The notes under the pieces were generated by a model. The model did not search any database. It was not told the DNA's origin and saw only the letters and a list, made by a program, of their open reading frames with translations. This document shows, piece after piece, positions 1-13,700 of a stretch of 64,000 nucleotides of DNA (position 1 is its first letter; each line of letters begins with the position of its first letter). The stretch is from Epiperipatus broadwayi (lineage: Eukaryota > Animalia > Onychophora): contig JAQFVV010000003.1 in assembly GCA_028023455.1 (NCBI GenBank), forward strand, positions 17,732,001 to 17,796,000. The letters are read 5' to 3'. A program made the position numbers and the translations under genes.

Positions 1-19
1 TCCCTTTTTAGCCTATGGA

Positions 20-300
20 ATGGGATAGTAAGATGGAAAATGCAGTCCCTTCCTATGGAGTTTTTTTTATTGCTCTTCTCGACAGACAGATGTAGTATTC
101 CTGTTCTGGACGAGAGTCAATGTCTTCTATAACCATGCTGTTCAGACATACATTCCTGACAGTATGGTATTTGTGCTGTCGTATTCATGGTGCATTGAAT
201 ACATCGATGTATTAGATGGATTGGCATTAGTTTGACTGCAAACTTTTGGCCTAAGGTTAAATAAGGGATAGAATATTTTCTTTTCAAATGCAATCTATGT
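20..300 (-). pseudogene. piggyBac-like transposase C-terminal cysteine-rich domain remnant
   Basis: Minus-strand translation gives HRCIQCT...YCQECMSEQHGYRRH, then by my reading YYICL...GRDCIF further downstream. This Cys spacing resembles the piggyBac C-terminal CRD. Family assignment is by recall only. Confidence 0.35.
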
Positions 301-735
301 AGTCTATTCATACTCGACACTTTAATAAAATATTAAATTCATCTGTGCAAACTTAAATAAAATAAAAACAGTTAAATTGTGAATTAAAATCCAAAGTAAA
401 GTTCTAGTATTTATAAAAAATAAAAAAAATTAATTAAAGTAAACATACTAAAATAATAATGCTAAATTTTATATATGTTTAATAAATGTTTGTGTGTGTT
501 ATTACTGGCAGTGGCTTCTTTTATTTATTTTTTAATATTGAAAAATATTTCAAGAATTTATATTTTATAAATCTATGCATCTTACTGAGCTAGTGGATTG
601 GGATGACGGTGGGAAAAAATATATACGTAAAGTTAGATCTTAACGGTGTGTATCTGCCTACTCTATAAATTTTCTAGGTTCAATGGACTAGTGGTGCCCT
701 GTACAGCATATATGGTTAGACTGCTATCTTCTAAT
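290..735. repeat. Dispersed repeat, copy 1 (copy 2 at 4876-5262), probably DNA-transposon subterminal sequence
   Basis: Shared blocks in the same order: AATCTATGTAG.CTAT...TACTCGACA, AATAAATGTTTGTG...TACTGGCAGTG, GTATCTGCCTACT..TATAAATTTTCTAGGTTCAA, CTAGTGG..CCCTGTA. A piggyBac-like TTAA|CCCC end follows at 782-789. Confidence 0.7.
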
Positions 736-3038
736 TATTTCCAACCATTATAATTGGCCACCCAATGTGTACCGTTACACTTTAACCCCGAGTACCCTGA
801 AAATTTTAAAAATAAATCATGCCAGTAACATTTTTTTCTGAAATAAATATATTTTTTGTATTAACATAAAGTTATAGTTTGAATTTTGTTTTAAAAGTAC
901 TGCCAGTAAGAAAAATTGTGCATATGTAAAGATAAATACAAGGAATAAAAATGTAATAGTTAATATAAATAATTTTTTAAAAAAAGTCTTATTTAAAATC
1001 CAACCATTTAACTTGCCTAAGTAATAGTTAAAAGTAGAAGAAAAGATACTTGGAAGGGTGGGGGTCAGAAATTTAGCTGGTAGTAAAGAATCAACAGTCA
1101 ACAATTTTTTTTTTATCATTATATTTGTGTGTAATTACTAACCAAAGTTTTGTCTTTTAAAAAAAAGTTTGGTATATAATTGTGTAACATAATTACGAAC
1201 ATTAAGTAATTTTTTTTTTAATGTTTTTGTTTTTTGAGAAAGTTTACTGATATGTAATGGTATATAATATGCCGTTACATTAATTTAAAATTAGAATAAA
1301 AAATTTTTTAAGTTCGTAAATTAAAAAAAAGCTAAAATTAAAAAGAGTTGTTCAATGTATGTATATATATTCACACAGATGCAAAACTTTAAAAGTATTT
1401 CTTTTTTAAATAAAAAAAAAAAAATATTTGAACGTACTTTTTTATAAAAAAAAATAAAAGATCTAAATATAAAATATTTTAGAAAAAAGTAACGTAAGTA
1501 AAAATAGAAACAGATATTAATTAATTCCTGAAATCTCAAAATGGAAATGATTGTGTTATTAATTATCAAAAAGCAAACTAGCCCTTGGGGACTTATATAA
1601 TTAAAAAGTCAGATGAAAGATATAGATAAAAATTAAAGATTGTTTCCCGCTCTGAAGCAGAATGTCCAATAAAAGCAGATAACCAGTGCTCGGACCCTAA
1701 TGAAAATGATTGATTGTTCAGTGAATCCAGATGATGTGTATAAAAAAAAATATCCAAATTATAAACAGTTCCAGCTTGATTTTGTGAGAAGGGTGATAAG
1801 ATGCACTTCTCACCCTCTCTCACTTATTTCAAATGAAATAACTGTTGAATTATGAATGGTACTGTTGCAGACCCAAATCATATGGATTCTGCAATAAAAT
1901 AAAATAATACCAGGATTGAACCAGCTAAGGCTTCCTTCAGATAGACCGGTCTTCAAATAAAGACTTTGTGGGAATTGACACCAGGAACTGGGACTCTTCT
2001 ACTGTAAGAGATACAACTGAAAAATGTAAAAAAAAATAATTAAGAACTTTCAAGATTTGACAAGCTAAACCTAATTTTTTTAAAATGGACTTTAATCTGA
2101 CTTTTTAAATCAATTATTAATGTTTAATTTTTATATTTTGAGTTTGCTGACTTAGTCATTTCCATTTATATATTGAAACAGATATACTGTTCCACGTGTA
2201 TGTATATTCAAAAGACCCCCTCCCCCATTTAAAAAAGACTAGCATAATTTGATCAAATTAAAAAAGAAATAAAGCAAAAAGTTTATAGTTAAAAGAAAAT
2301 CATTATTGATTTTATAGTTTTAAATTACGATGTAAATAAAAGCTGGGATTGATTAAAAAGATTACATTTTTAATTTTTTGAACGATGTTTTTGAATAAAG
2401 TGTGATAATAGCTTGAGGCAGTCTTAATAAATTGGAAAACATAAATTAATCCTCCTAGTTCATTATCTGTCCCACATAAAATATTGTCCAATCCTTGGGA
2501 AGAGAAAAGAGCACTCAGGATTAAATGAAAGCAGTGCAACAAATAAAATACAGTGGGCTGAGCTGCTTAATCAATCCAAGGATCAGAATATAAATAGTTC
2601 AGCTGCAAGTTCAGAGCAGATTTTAAAAAAGTTTTCAAGCAGATTAGATTGGATTTTTAAAGAAAAGAGACTTTGAATAGATTTTGAAAGAGATTAAAAA
2701 AAAAAAATTTTAAAAGCAGGAAAAGTCAAGAGTTAAAATATTAAAAGTTTCATCCAAGTGTTGCTTGACTATTAAATTGATACCTGATTTTAAGGAACCT
2801 AGGAATACAATAATTATAGCCACTGGTAATAATGGAAAAGGAACATATTATTAAGGATATCACAATGATGGAACGCTAATCCTTAACAGCTTTCTCTCTT
2901 CATCAAGCCATGATTCTCCGAGATTTGCCTGGGTAATCATCATGGTAGTGAATACTGCCATTCAGAGTAAATAAAACCCCCCTTTTGATGGAACAGACTG
3001 GATAAAAAAAATGAAGGTAACAATTTTATAAGAATATA

Positions 3039-3287
3039 CAATACTTATATGTGTTTATAAAAGAACAAAGAAAACATCTTTCTCAAAATGAATTATGTGA
3101 AAATACATTTTATTAATGATAAATATTAAAAATATCTATAATCAAAAGGCATTTTATTCAATATTTATATGTGTTTATAAAAATAAAAAACAAAACAAAC
3201 ATCTGTCTTAAAATGAATTATGTGAAATACATTTCGTTAATGATAAAGTATAGATATTAAAGATATCTATAATCAAAAGGCATTTTT
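3039..3287. repeat. Two-copy tandem duplication, period about 120 bp
   Basis: CAATA(C/T)TTATATGTGTTTATAAAA...AATGAATTATGTGAAA...TATCTATAATCAAAAGGCATTTT starts at 3039 and again at 3159. Confidence 0.85.
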
Positions 3288-3690
3288 AATAAGGATTGAC
3301 TTCTCATCTGCAGATATATTTGAATTAAGAATAACTAAATAAAAATTACAAATGATTACCTACATATTGATTGTATATAAATATTACACATAGCTATAAT
3401 TAATTAAATTATAATAACATATTTATAATTTAGATAAAATTAGAAAATATCAAAATGAAAATATACATACAAAATGAATGTATTTAGTAGATTTATATTA
3501 TATTGTGAACCAATTCAAACAGGTTATATACATACGAATTGAGAAATAAGAATACCAAACCAATGAACCTAGGATGTGCATATAGCATGGATTCAAACCT
3601 GAATTTTAACCATAAATAAAAATATATGTATTATGCTTTAACTAACTTAAAGTTAACTAGAACTTTGAATTAGACATAAAACGTAAGTTA

Positions 3691-3927
3691 TTAAAGAACT
3701 TGCATTCTTTAATTCATATTGCCCTATTATTGGATACATACCAAGATGCACAATGGACTGTAAATAAACTATTTGTGAATTAAGTGGAACTCAGAATTAG
3801 GTGTAAAATGTAAATTGTTAAAGAACTTGCATTCTTTAATTCAGATTGCCCTATTACTGGATGTATACTAAGATACACAGTGGACTGTAAATAAATATTT
3901 GTGGAATTAAGTGGAACTCTGAATTAA
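3691..3927. repeat. Two-copy tandem duplication, period about 127 bp
   Basis: TTAAAGAACTTGCATTCTTTAATTCA...TGCCCTATTA.TGGAT...TGGACTGTAAATAAA...AATTAAGTGGAACTC.GAATTA starts at 3691 and again at 3818. Confidence 0.85.
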
Positions 3928-4875
3928 ATGCCACCATTTGTCTTCATTATTCTCTCTGTTGTCTTAATATATCACACTCCTCTCTGTGGATTAACTAAAT
4001 GATTAAAGATGTAAACTATAAAGAACAATTGAAAGAAGAACTTTATTATACTCTCAACAAACTACATTCTTTTTGTCATATAAAAACGTTATTGGAAGTA
4101 GGCCAAAGGAACACAATAGACTGTCAATGAAATACTTTGTTTGATGGACATTTATTTAAACCTGTTATTAAATAAAATTATTGTTACTTAAAATTAATTT
4201 GTTATCCAGTTGTTCAATTCTATTTTTTTTGTTATTGCATCACTCATCATCCAGTGCACTTGTTCATGAGAATCTCATGCTTCCTGAGCTATGTCTGGCA
4301 TAACTAGATCTAAGTAAGTCAGGTTGTAGTGAGATGGAACTCTCTAGTGGCACCGTTTGGAAAACCAAACATAGAAATGTCTAGATGCTTCCAGTCTCTA
4401 TGGTGCTACATCCTCTGATGAGCAGGAAATATTATTGTAGGGGGGGTTAACATCTGCATTGGAGAATGCCAATTGATAGTTCCTTCCTGCAACATGCTCA
4501 TCATGAAAGTGTTACAACCGAAGTGATAAAGGGGTTGCATGGTGGTCCAGTTACAATATATATATATATATATATTGACTAAATTATTTAAATGCATTAA
4601 ATTTAAGTTGGGTATAGATGACTGCATAGATTCATTAACGTTTAATTATGTTTTTGTTTTCATATTTGATTAAAATGTATAGATATTCAGTAAATATGAT
4701 ACCTCATGTTGAGTATCTAAAAATGTATTTATTCGAATGTCTTTTAAGTTATTGGTGTCAATGCGGCATCTTATGATGAATGTCATTGGGTTTCTTGTAA
4801 ATTTCCCTCTGCAATTCCATCAATGACTATATATTTTGATCGTTTATGTTTATTTTGAAATGTTTTTGACTGAGT

Positions 4876-5262
4876 AATCTATGTAGCCTATCTATACTCG
4901 ACATTCTAAAGTAAAATTTATTAAAATGTCCATCTGTGTGAACTGTTTAGAATAATTTAAATTTAAAAATTAATATTAAAATCTAAAAAAATTTTATTTA
5001 TATGTGCGTTAATAAATGTTTGTGTTATTAGTACTGGCAGTGATCTAGTTTTTTGTTTTTTTTAATCTTTATTAAAAATATATTTTAAATAAGAATTTAT
5101 GTTTTATAAATCTCTGCTAGTGGCATGGGCTGACAGTCAGAATAAAAACATGTAAAAAAATAAGATCTTAGCAGCATGTATCTGCCTACTACTATAAATT
5201 TTCTAGGTTCAAATAGCCTAGTGGCACCCTGTAGTGCAGATACGGTAAGACTCTACCTTCTC
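4876..5262. repeat. Dispersed repeat, copy 2 (see 290-735), cut off by the gypsy LTR
   Basis: Collinear similarity to 290-735 ends just before TGTTATAAT at 5267. Confidence 0.7.
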
Positions 5263-5266
5263 CGAC

Positions 5267-5720
5267 TGTTATAATATCTGATAAGGCATCATGAGGACTG
5301 CATAATTGGACTGTGAGTATAAACAAATTTTAGTTATTTACTCAGGTCTAAGAATAGTTAAGGTTGTGGTTAGTTTAAATGTGTGGAGTATTAGCATTTA
5401 TGGGAAATAGTCCTTCAATTCAAAGCCTTATTTGATCATGTTAGGGATATGAGCTGTGGATAATTGCTTGGTCATTTGTTGGTAGTCATCATAATTACCG
5501 AAGTTGCAATCGAGTCTGCCAAAGTATAAGCTGACACCATTTACGAGTCCCTGTGAACCAAGAACCGTGAGCAAAGTGGGTGGTGGTCATCAAATTGTAT
5601 ATAATGTGTTATGTATGCTAATATAAATAAATATATTGTCATTTTTATTTTGATGATTTCTTTTAGTCTATGATTTTTGTTATTTTGTTGGCATTCAGCT
5701 TCATTACTGAATACACAACA
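5267..5720 (+). mobile_element. Candidate 5' LTR of a Ty3/gypsy element
   Basis: Starts TGTT and ends AACA (terminal inverted TG..CA), contains AATAAA near 5625, and is followed at once by a PBS-like AAGTTGGCAC and then gag. No second LTR was found. Confidence 0.55.
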
Positions 5721-5829
5721 AAGTTGGCACAGTCACAGTCATATTTGAACCTTGGATGTAAGGATTCAACAAAGTAGTCCAGTCACAGTAGCATTTTGAA
5801 TCTAGAAAAACTTAGGACAAAGTAAAAAT

Positions 5830-6900
5830 CAGTAACAGGAAAAAATGTTGTTAGGAGTCAGTGATATCTGAATTCAAGGTTAGTGATGCAGGGGAAATGG
5901 CCACTATATGCTGCACAGAACATTTTTCTTTGCTCAATGGGATTGAGAGCAATAAAAGAAAGGTAGCAGCACTAAGATATTTATCAGAAAGATGGGTAAT
6001 AAATATAATAAATAAGTATTATGAGATACCCATAAAGGAGATGGTATTATATGAAGAAATAGTCAAAAAACTAAATGACCATTTTAGCCCCAGACAGTTT
6101 AAACATATAGCCAGATTGTCATTAAGAAACAGAAGACAAATTAAGGGCAAAATGGTACAAGAGTATGACATGGCTTTAAAATAATTAGCAAAAGACTGCG
6201 TATATAGAGATTGTGTAGAGGAGATACTACTAGATCAATTATTTTGGGGTCTGTTAGATGATAGGTTCAGACAAACCTGCTGATAAAAATGAATGTAAAT
6301 TTTCAGTCAGCCATTAAGAAGGGAGTGGTTCATGAGTTGATAATAAAGCAAGTAGCAATTTTTAAAAATATAATTGAAAATAAGAGTAAAATTGCAGTTG
6401 GAAAAACGGATAGAACGGAATGGGATAAAAGCAATAGCACAAGCAAAAGTATTAATTGTTTTTGCTATGGCAAAGCTGGAACATGAGAAGAGAGTGCAAA
6501 TTTCGAAATAAAAGGTGCAATAACTGTAAACAGAAAGGGCATTTGGCAAAAATAAGTAGGGAAATAGATAAAAAAGCTAGTCAAGAGAGGCATCGAATTA
6601 TAAAAATGAAGGGAGTGGTAACTGACAATATTTTTAATATCAATAACATGAGCAATTTTAGGTAGATAATCAGAAACTAATGGCCATCTCCAAACAATTA
6701 TTGCATAGCATCTTGAGTTGATATAGTCTGTTGCTCTGTGTGATTAATAAATCTATGACCAATTTTAAAAAGTGTAAATTTATCACTTCCAATAACCAGG
6801 CTATGGCCTATGGTTTTGGAATGATGCTTTCCAATATGATTTGCTGGTAGGTCAAAAAAATTACCTACTTTTCCTATTCACAATTATCTTGTATTTCTAT
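5830..6900 (+). pseudogene. Ty3/gypsy gag (zinc knuckles) and start of protease, degraded
   Basis: YEEIVKKLNDHFSP...RRQIKGKMVQEYDMALK*LAKDC...EILLDQL...GL (retrotransposon gag). Then CFCYGKAG/HMRRECKFRNKRCNNCKQKGHLAK (CCHC knuckles across a frameshift). Multiple stops and frameshifts. Confidence 0.85.
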
Positions 6901-7554
6901 AGAGATTTATTTCATAGGTATAGCATATAATTAGAAACCAAAATTAATTTCCTGTAAAGTTATAAGCCAAACAAAATAAAACAAAAAATATTTAACATTT
7001 AAGTAAATAAAGGATCATAGATCAATTTTCTAATTTAACAAAAAAAAAAAAAATCTTTAATGCTATCTTACATGGCAGCAAAAGATAACTTTAGTTTAGC
7101 ACTAGCTGTTTGTTATTTATAGTTAAGACTCATATCTGAAGATTGTTCCAATATCCAGCACTTGTAAAATCTGTAGCCTGAACACTCCACCTAACTGGTA
7201 TTATATATATATATATATGTTATTTGAATAGTGCTTCTGTCCTTTTCCTGTGATTATTTTAATCTAATCACCACAGATATATACACGTAAATGGGAGAGT
7301 GTCAATTTAATATCAATTTTAATATTGCATATGTGATGAGTAATTTCATTACACAAATTTATATATATAATAGTTTTTCTAGATAATTTCAACTATGGTG
7401 TAAGCAGCCAAATGACCAATTAAAACTGGAATTGCAAATTGAACTCATACCATCAAGTAATATCATTTGTCTGACTCAGGTTTAAAGTGAAAAGCAGGAA
7501 TCATTTTTACATGTATATAAATAATATTTCTTTTATAAAGCGCAGACGGTATTG

Positions 7555-7643
7555 AAATTAAACTGAGAGAGTGCAAACTTCTCAAGCGCTTATGACTATC
7601 ACCAATAAGCGCTTGAGAAGTTTGCACTCTCTCAGTTTAATTT
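7555..7643. repeat. Perfect 39-bp inverted repeat with an 11-nt loop
   Basis: AAATTAAACTGAGAGAGTGCAAACTTCTCAAGCGCTTAT (7555-7593) and its exact reverse complement (7605-7643). Confidence 0.97.
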
Positions 7644-7829
7644 TACATGTATAAAAATGTGAAGTATTACAACTTCTCAAACATTTTCACAATGAAATGT
7701 CTCTTCCATAAAGAGTTATATATAATAAGTAGTATATTTTCCTTGACTTTAAAAATACAAATATTAAAATTACGATTTTCTTTACAATTTCAATAGTTTC
7801 ATCTATAATGTCTGTAATATATATATATA

Positions 7830-9120
7830 CAGCATGAACCAAAAGTAGGTGGATAGTAAATGATAACATTTATTTTGAGATTACATATACAATTATATTT
7901 ACTAATACATTACAATATTATCAATGCAGGTGCTCAAACAGCTGTCCACAATTTACACAGCTTTGAAGGCTGCATTTCACACTTCAACAAACATTTTTGC
8001 ACAAGTATTTTTGTGTATTAATTTCTTGGAAATGCATCTCTGATGAAATTTTTCAAATCAATGACACTTCATAGTTTTCGACTACAAACCTTGTCCTTGA
8101 GTACTTCCCAAAACAAAAAATCCATTGAGATAAAGTCAGGTGAATGTGCTGACCAATCAATGGGCTCTCTTTGGCCAAGCTATTTCTCAGAAAATGTTTC
8201 ATTGAGATACTAATGGACTACTCTTAAATGATGTGGAGGAGCCCCATCTTATTGAAAATAAGATTAAGTGACTTACACTGTTGTCCTTACTGTGGAACAA
8301 CTTGATTCATTAGAATTTCCAATACTTATTGCCTCTGACTGTTCTGTCAAAAAAAAATTTGGTCCTAAAATACCAGAAGTTGAAATACTGTCCCAAACAG
8401 TGACACCAGGCTGGTTTAGTTATTGCTCTGTTAAATTCATGTTCTCACTATACCAGTAAACATAATTATGTCTGTTAACATGACCGGTTGATTTGAAAGA
8501 AGTTTTATCGATCCACACAATGTTATCTAAAATTACTGGATTTTCTTTAATTTTGTTCATCATGATCTCACTAAATTGCACCTGCCTGTCTGGATCATCC
8601 TCCAATAAGCCATGAATTAGCCATGGACAATAAGCTTTTAACCCAATAGATTTCAGGATTCTCATAATAGAAGTTTGTGAAATGCTCAATTCTGCTGAGA
8701 CTCCTCTTGTAGACTTTTAAGACCGTGAATAAATGCTTTGGCAACAAGTTGCTTATGATCATCTGTGCAAACTGTTTTGGGTTGACCAGTTTTGGGGGCA
8801 TTAAAAATCAAGCCAGAGGTATTAATTTTGTCATGAATGTGGGTAAATGGTTTGTCTCTTTGTGACTTGAGTACCAAATGTTTCAATCTATTTTCTGTAA
8901 TGATTACATTTTGAGACTTCCAATACTCTTTTAACACCAATTTTCTTGCATCAATATTTAAATTATTTATCATTATGGGTTCTCTGAATTATCTGAAAAG
9001 AAAAATGATTAAATTTAAATAAATTTAGATATAAAATTTAATATAATGACACAAACACCATAGTTCCAGTGAACACAACCCCTATTTCACCTATTGTCCA
9101 TCTACTTTTGGTTCATTCTG
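7830..9120 (-). mobile_element. Tc1/mariner (IS630-Tc1-mariner) DNA transposon, near full length, transposase disrupted
   Basis: TIRs CAG(C/A)ATGAACCAAAAGTAG(G/A)TGGA at 7830 and 9120, both flanked by TA. Minus-strand transposase pieces 8973 to about 7930: HTH region ...TGQPKTV, SISQTSIMRILKSIGLKAY, IVWIDKTSF..TGHVNRHN, GVTVW. A frameshifted C-terminus corresponds to the QQDGAPPH/WPARSPDL region. About 1.29 kb long. Confidence 0.9.
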
Positions 9121-9439
9121 TATATCAGTAATGCAGACAAATTGATAAGAAAGGTAAAAAGATAATAAGATTTAATATCTGCTTTGTTTTGCCCACTTGG
9201 TATATGAAATGATAATAAATAAAATAATAAATAGCCATTTGTAAACAAGTATGGTCAATTCAACTTCTAAAGAAAAAGACAAAACTCTAGAAATGAGTTT
9301 TGTGATGACTATACAGACCAATATATGAACCACAAATGTTCCCTATATAGAACCTACTGGTCCATTTTAGTATATATTTGATACTTTGATATGTTATCTT
9401 TTAATTTCTTCAGCAAAGAACTTTTCTTTCTAAAATACA

Positions 9440-10740
9440 TAAATACCATCTCTAATTGTGGCTTTCCAATGTACTCTATTCTCTGCCATATTTTTGCAAT
9501 GGATTCAATTGACATTGCAACTTCCTGTCTTTAAGATAATCCTTATAACCTAGATAAGGTTATTTTTCCCACAAACTTCATATTCAAGTTCTCTGTGAAA
9601 CACCTTTTTAGGAAGTTTTTATTCATTGGTTTTTATATGTCCAATCCAATGAAGGCATAATTTTATAATAATAGATTCTATAGTATCACACTTAGCAAGC
9701 TGAAAAATATGATAATTGATTTTATGATCTTGCCATTGTTTTGTAAAAATTTTATGAAGTATCTTTAATGAAACTTTTCTGTTTTTAAAGTACACAAAAT
9801 AAGGTGTCCAAGTTTCACTTCCATACAATAAAGTAGATAAAATAAAGTTCTATATATTGCTAACTTAGATGCAGTATTATTTCCTTGTGAGAAAGTTACT
9901 TTCACGTTGTTAAAAGCAGCAGCAATACATTGGAGCCTACCATCCAAGCTAAAAATCTGTGATTTTGTTTCCATCACTGGCTGATAATGAACATGAGTTT
10001 TTTGAAACATTAATTAATAAACCAAAGTCTTTAATGTTACATTCAAAACATTAAGAATATTTTGTAAATAGTTTTTGGAACTGGCAAAAATAAAATAATC
10101 ATCAGCATACTGTAAATTCAGAATCCAAGAAAAAGAACTCTTGCTTTTGCTTTTAATCGATTCAATTTAAAAATTCTACCATATCATAACTTGATTCCTG
10201 TTTGTGATTAAGAACCTATAAACATTTCCAAATACCACTCATAAAAATTTGAAAACCTTGTTGGAGCAAGTATACATCATTATTTAACACCCATTTTCAT
10301 TTCAAATGTCTCTGATTTTCCATCAGTAGTAATATCTCTTCCTCCCATTCCATCATGTAAAAGCTGTATAATATGAATAGATTTTGAAGAACAACCTATC
10401 AATTTCAAACAAGGCCATAGAGTTGTCCTATTAATTGAATTAAACACCTTGACCAAACCAATAAAAGCAAAATGTAAATTACAACCTATTCAATAAAACC
10501 CTTGAAAGTACTCTTGCTGGAAATTGATAATAATGATATTCCGTGATTATTAGTGTAATCTTATTGACCCTTTGCATTTAAAAATTGGAACAAGTGTCCT
10601 TAAACTTGGATGACACAACATCATGAGTCCATATATTCCTAAAAAAAATTTAAAAGTTCTCGTGTATTTCGTCAGGATCTGTAGCCTTTTCATTTTTAAG
10701 ATATCAAAAAACTGGTTACACTGCACCAAGCTAAATATCT
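9440..10740 (-). pseudogene. Non-LTR retrotransposon reverse transcriptase remnant (RTE/BovB-like)
   Basis: LWPCLKLIGC...IIQLLHD...DGKSETFEMKMGVK..CILAPT, a YADD motif near 10100, and YGSETWT...LHWIGHI. Many stops. Confidence 0.8.
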
Positions 10741-13700
10741 TTATCCAAATCTAAATGAATAGATAAAACAAATTTATCATTAAAAGTCACGTATCAATTC
10801 TTGTATCTTTATTCAAAAAATGATTAATATACTCTTTCCACTTGTTCAAAATAACACTGTCATTATACAAGAGAGAAAGCCTTTGTTGGATTTAATAGAG
10901 CTACACTATAGAAAAATTAATCTTTGTTTATATGTTTAAATTAAGTAGGTTAGAATTAAAGTTTTAAGTATATTTACATTATATATAAATTCACATTTTG
11001 CTTCATAGATAATATCTTATTAATCTTAGTGATTATAAATTAAAAGTAAAACCACCTTTAATTAGCCCACTTTCCAAAGCCCTTCATAGAAAATCAGTGA
11101 TGAAGAAGGCAACTTTAACCAGTCTTAACAACTACCAGGTGACAAGAGTTGTACAGTTTCTCTCTTTGTTTTACTATTTAAATAAGAATAGCCAGATACC
11201 CATTTACGGAGATTTTGGTCTCATGGAAAAAGAAAAAATTCTATGACTATTGAAAATTTTTTTGTTTACTAAGCCTGAATTTAAACTCACGATAGGTAAA
11301 GAAAACAAGTATTACCCCATTCTACTATTGACCCTTTTTCAGATGTTTAATAAATAATTTAAATATATCTCGCTGACTCATCATTCTATCAGGTAGTTTG
11401 CCATTCACTGATACAATTATATACATATATATAGATCATAACGAATTAAAACTACTCTTTATAAAGCATAGATTTTTTTTTTCCGAAGTGTTTCTTTTTT
11501 CTTTGTTTCCCTCTTACAAATTCTTTCTTTTTTTTAACCCATTAAGTCAAAACTTAAGTTTGTCATATATCAAAAAAAAAAAAATTACCTGCTTTTTCAC
11601 TCAAATATTAAATATTTCTTAATTTAACTGAAAAATTATGGTTAATAAAAATGCATTTATTACTTTTGACAGCAAAGTAATTTATTTTTTAGACCTTCTA
11701 GCGCTTACCACCCCCAACCTTCCAAATCAAATATAATCAATTAATTATAAATTTTATTTCCTAACCAACATTTTAAAAACGAAAGCTTTATGCTTGACTA
11801 AACATTTTGTTTGCTTTGGAAAATAGAATATTATATATATCATAAATAAAAGAACATTAATCTCTAACTGCAAATCTTAAATACTTGAACATTATGATAA
11901 GCTACATTATCATAAATGAAATTATGCTGAAGTTGTGAAAGATATATTACGTCTTGCTTTTCCAATTAATCTGCTGAATCGTCAAATTTCTATATAATTA
12001 TTCAAATATAATACATTTTATATCACTATCCCAAGTACTAAAAAAAAATAATTGAATAATTTATTGCATAAGAGTTTATACGAAATTTGAGCACTCAAAG
12101 TGAAAAAAAACAGCGATTCATAGACCTGGAGTTCAGACTCCACCACCGCACTAAACACAGGGGATTCCAAATAATATATTTTAGGCTCTAGTGCTACCAA
12201 GTGATGAAATTATCTGAAACTACCTGGATTATTATTTGATGCTGCTGTAACTTTTGGTAGTGTAAATATATATTATATATTATTCTACTATTTATCAAGT
12301 TTAACGACATCTTGTGTTTAGATTTGTAGGGGTCCCTACTGTCTTTTAAGTGCATAGTCTTAAGATTATAGCCTTAATATATATTACTTGTAATGAATAG
12401 GTGCTTTACAAATTATTAATTACAACTTTACTATTTATCATAACTGTTCTAATTCTGCCTCAAGTAGTAAGGATAATAACTCTGTTTCATGGAAAACTTA
12501 TTTTTATATTCTTTATAAAATAATAAAAAACTAATGGTGATTGAATAATATTATTGTCTATGTTAAAGAAGTAAAATAAAAATTTGCTTATGTAAAAAAA
12601 ATACTTTATACACTTTATCTTACAAAATATTTAAAAAAAAAAAAAACACAGCAAGAGTAATTATATATACAGTGTAGCTATGAACTACACTGAATGTTAA
12701 CTGCATGATTTAAAATGTTATCCACAGAAATATATAAACAAACTAACTAAAATGTAAATAGACAAACAAACAAACAAAAAATCATTAAAAATTGCAAATT
12801 TTATGATATTCAAACAGCCATTTTTTCTTTTCTGAGCATCATATATAATCAAGTTTTTTAAAAAAATAAAATTTGTATTTATAATATTCCAGCAACATTT
12901 TTTCATCTCAGAGTACCACAAAACAATTATGTTTAGTAATAAAATTTCTTCAGTTGATGTTGAAAACACATTTTACTTTTCATTTATTATCCTTTTGGAA
13001 TTTGATGGATAGTATTTTGCATAATAAAATATTTTATGAGAGCAATACTAAAAGTTTTACAAAATTTTAGAATATACCAAAAATTAATAGTAACTTTAAA
13101 ATGATAAACTAATTAAAGGAATCCTTATTTCTTTATAACAAGATCACTATTATGTTTCTATAAGTGAAAAAAGTTATTAAAAAAAGAATATTACCCAGAG
13201 TGTTGTTTACTTTATTTAAAAACTTTTTTCTTCTTATTCTTATTGCTTCAGCAAATGCATGAGTGAAAATATATGAAAATGTATCAACTCAATTCATACT
13301 ATAAATATAAAATGTGTGTAGATTGAAAAGTACCATACTCTTGCATTTCAATAAACAATAAATATTCTCATCACCAATGCTTATCAACAAAACCTGAGTT
13401 ATTATATGCTGTATACATTTGTACAAATGGGTACTTGAAACAAAATATAGCATAGTTTGCAATTCCATGGTATGTTCTTTACAGGAAGAAGGGATGAAAT
13501 AATTAAAACTACAATGAACAAATAAAACATTAATATTTGGAAAGATTGACATAATAGAATATTGATTTAAAAAAGAACTAAATAATTTATAGACAAAAAA
13601 ATTCAGTGAAAATATATTACTAGAAAAATAACTTAATTAGTCATACTGCAAATAAACTTGGTGGTGAAACCAAAGTAGTTTTTTGTGGATAATTCATAAA

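Noticed and set aside
817-1569. ORFs of 82-100 aa rich in F/L/I/K (and similar ORFs at 11398, 12718, 34304, 43428-44475, 49432, 62730)
   Set aside because: Composition reflects AT-rich low-complexity DNA with homopolymer runs. No recognisable domains.
4416-4455. CTGATGAGCAGGAAA hammerhead-like string
   Set aside because: No room for stem II and no convincing stem I. It lies in what looks like degraded coding sequence.
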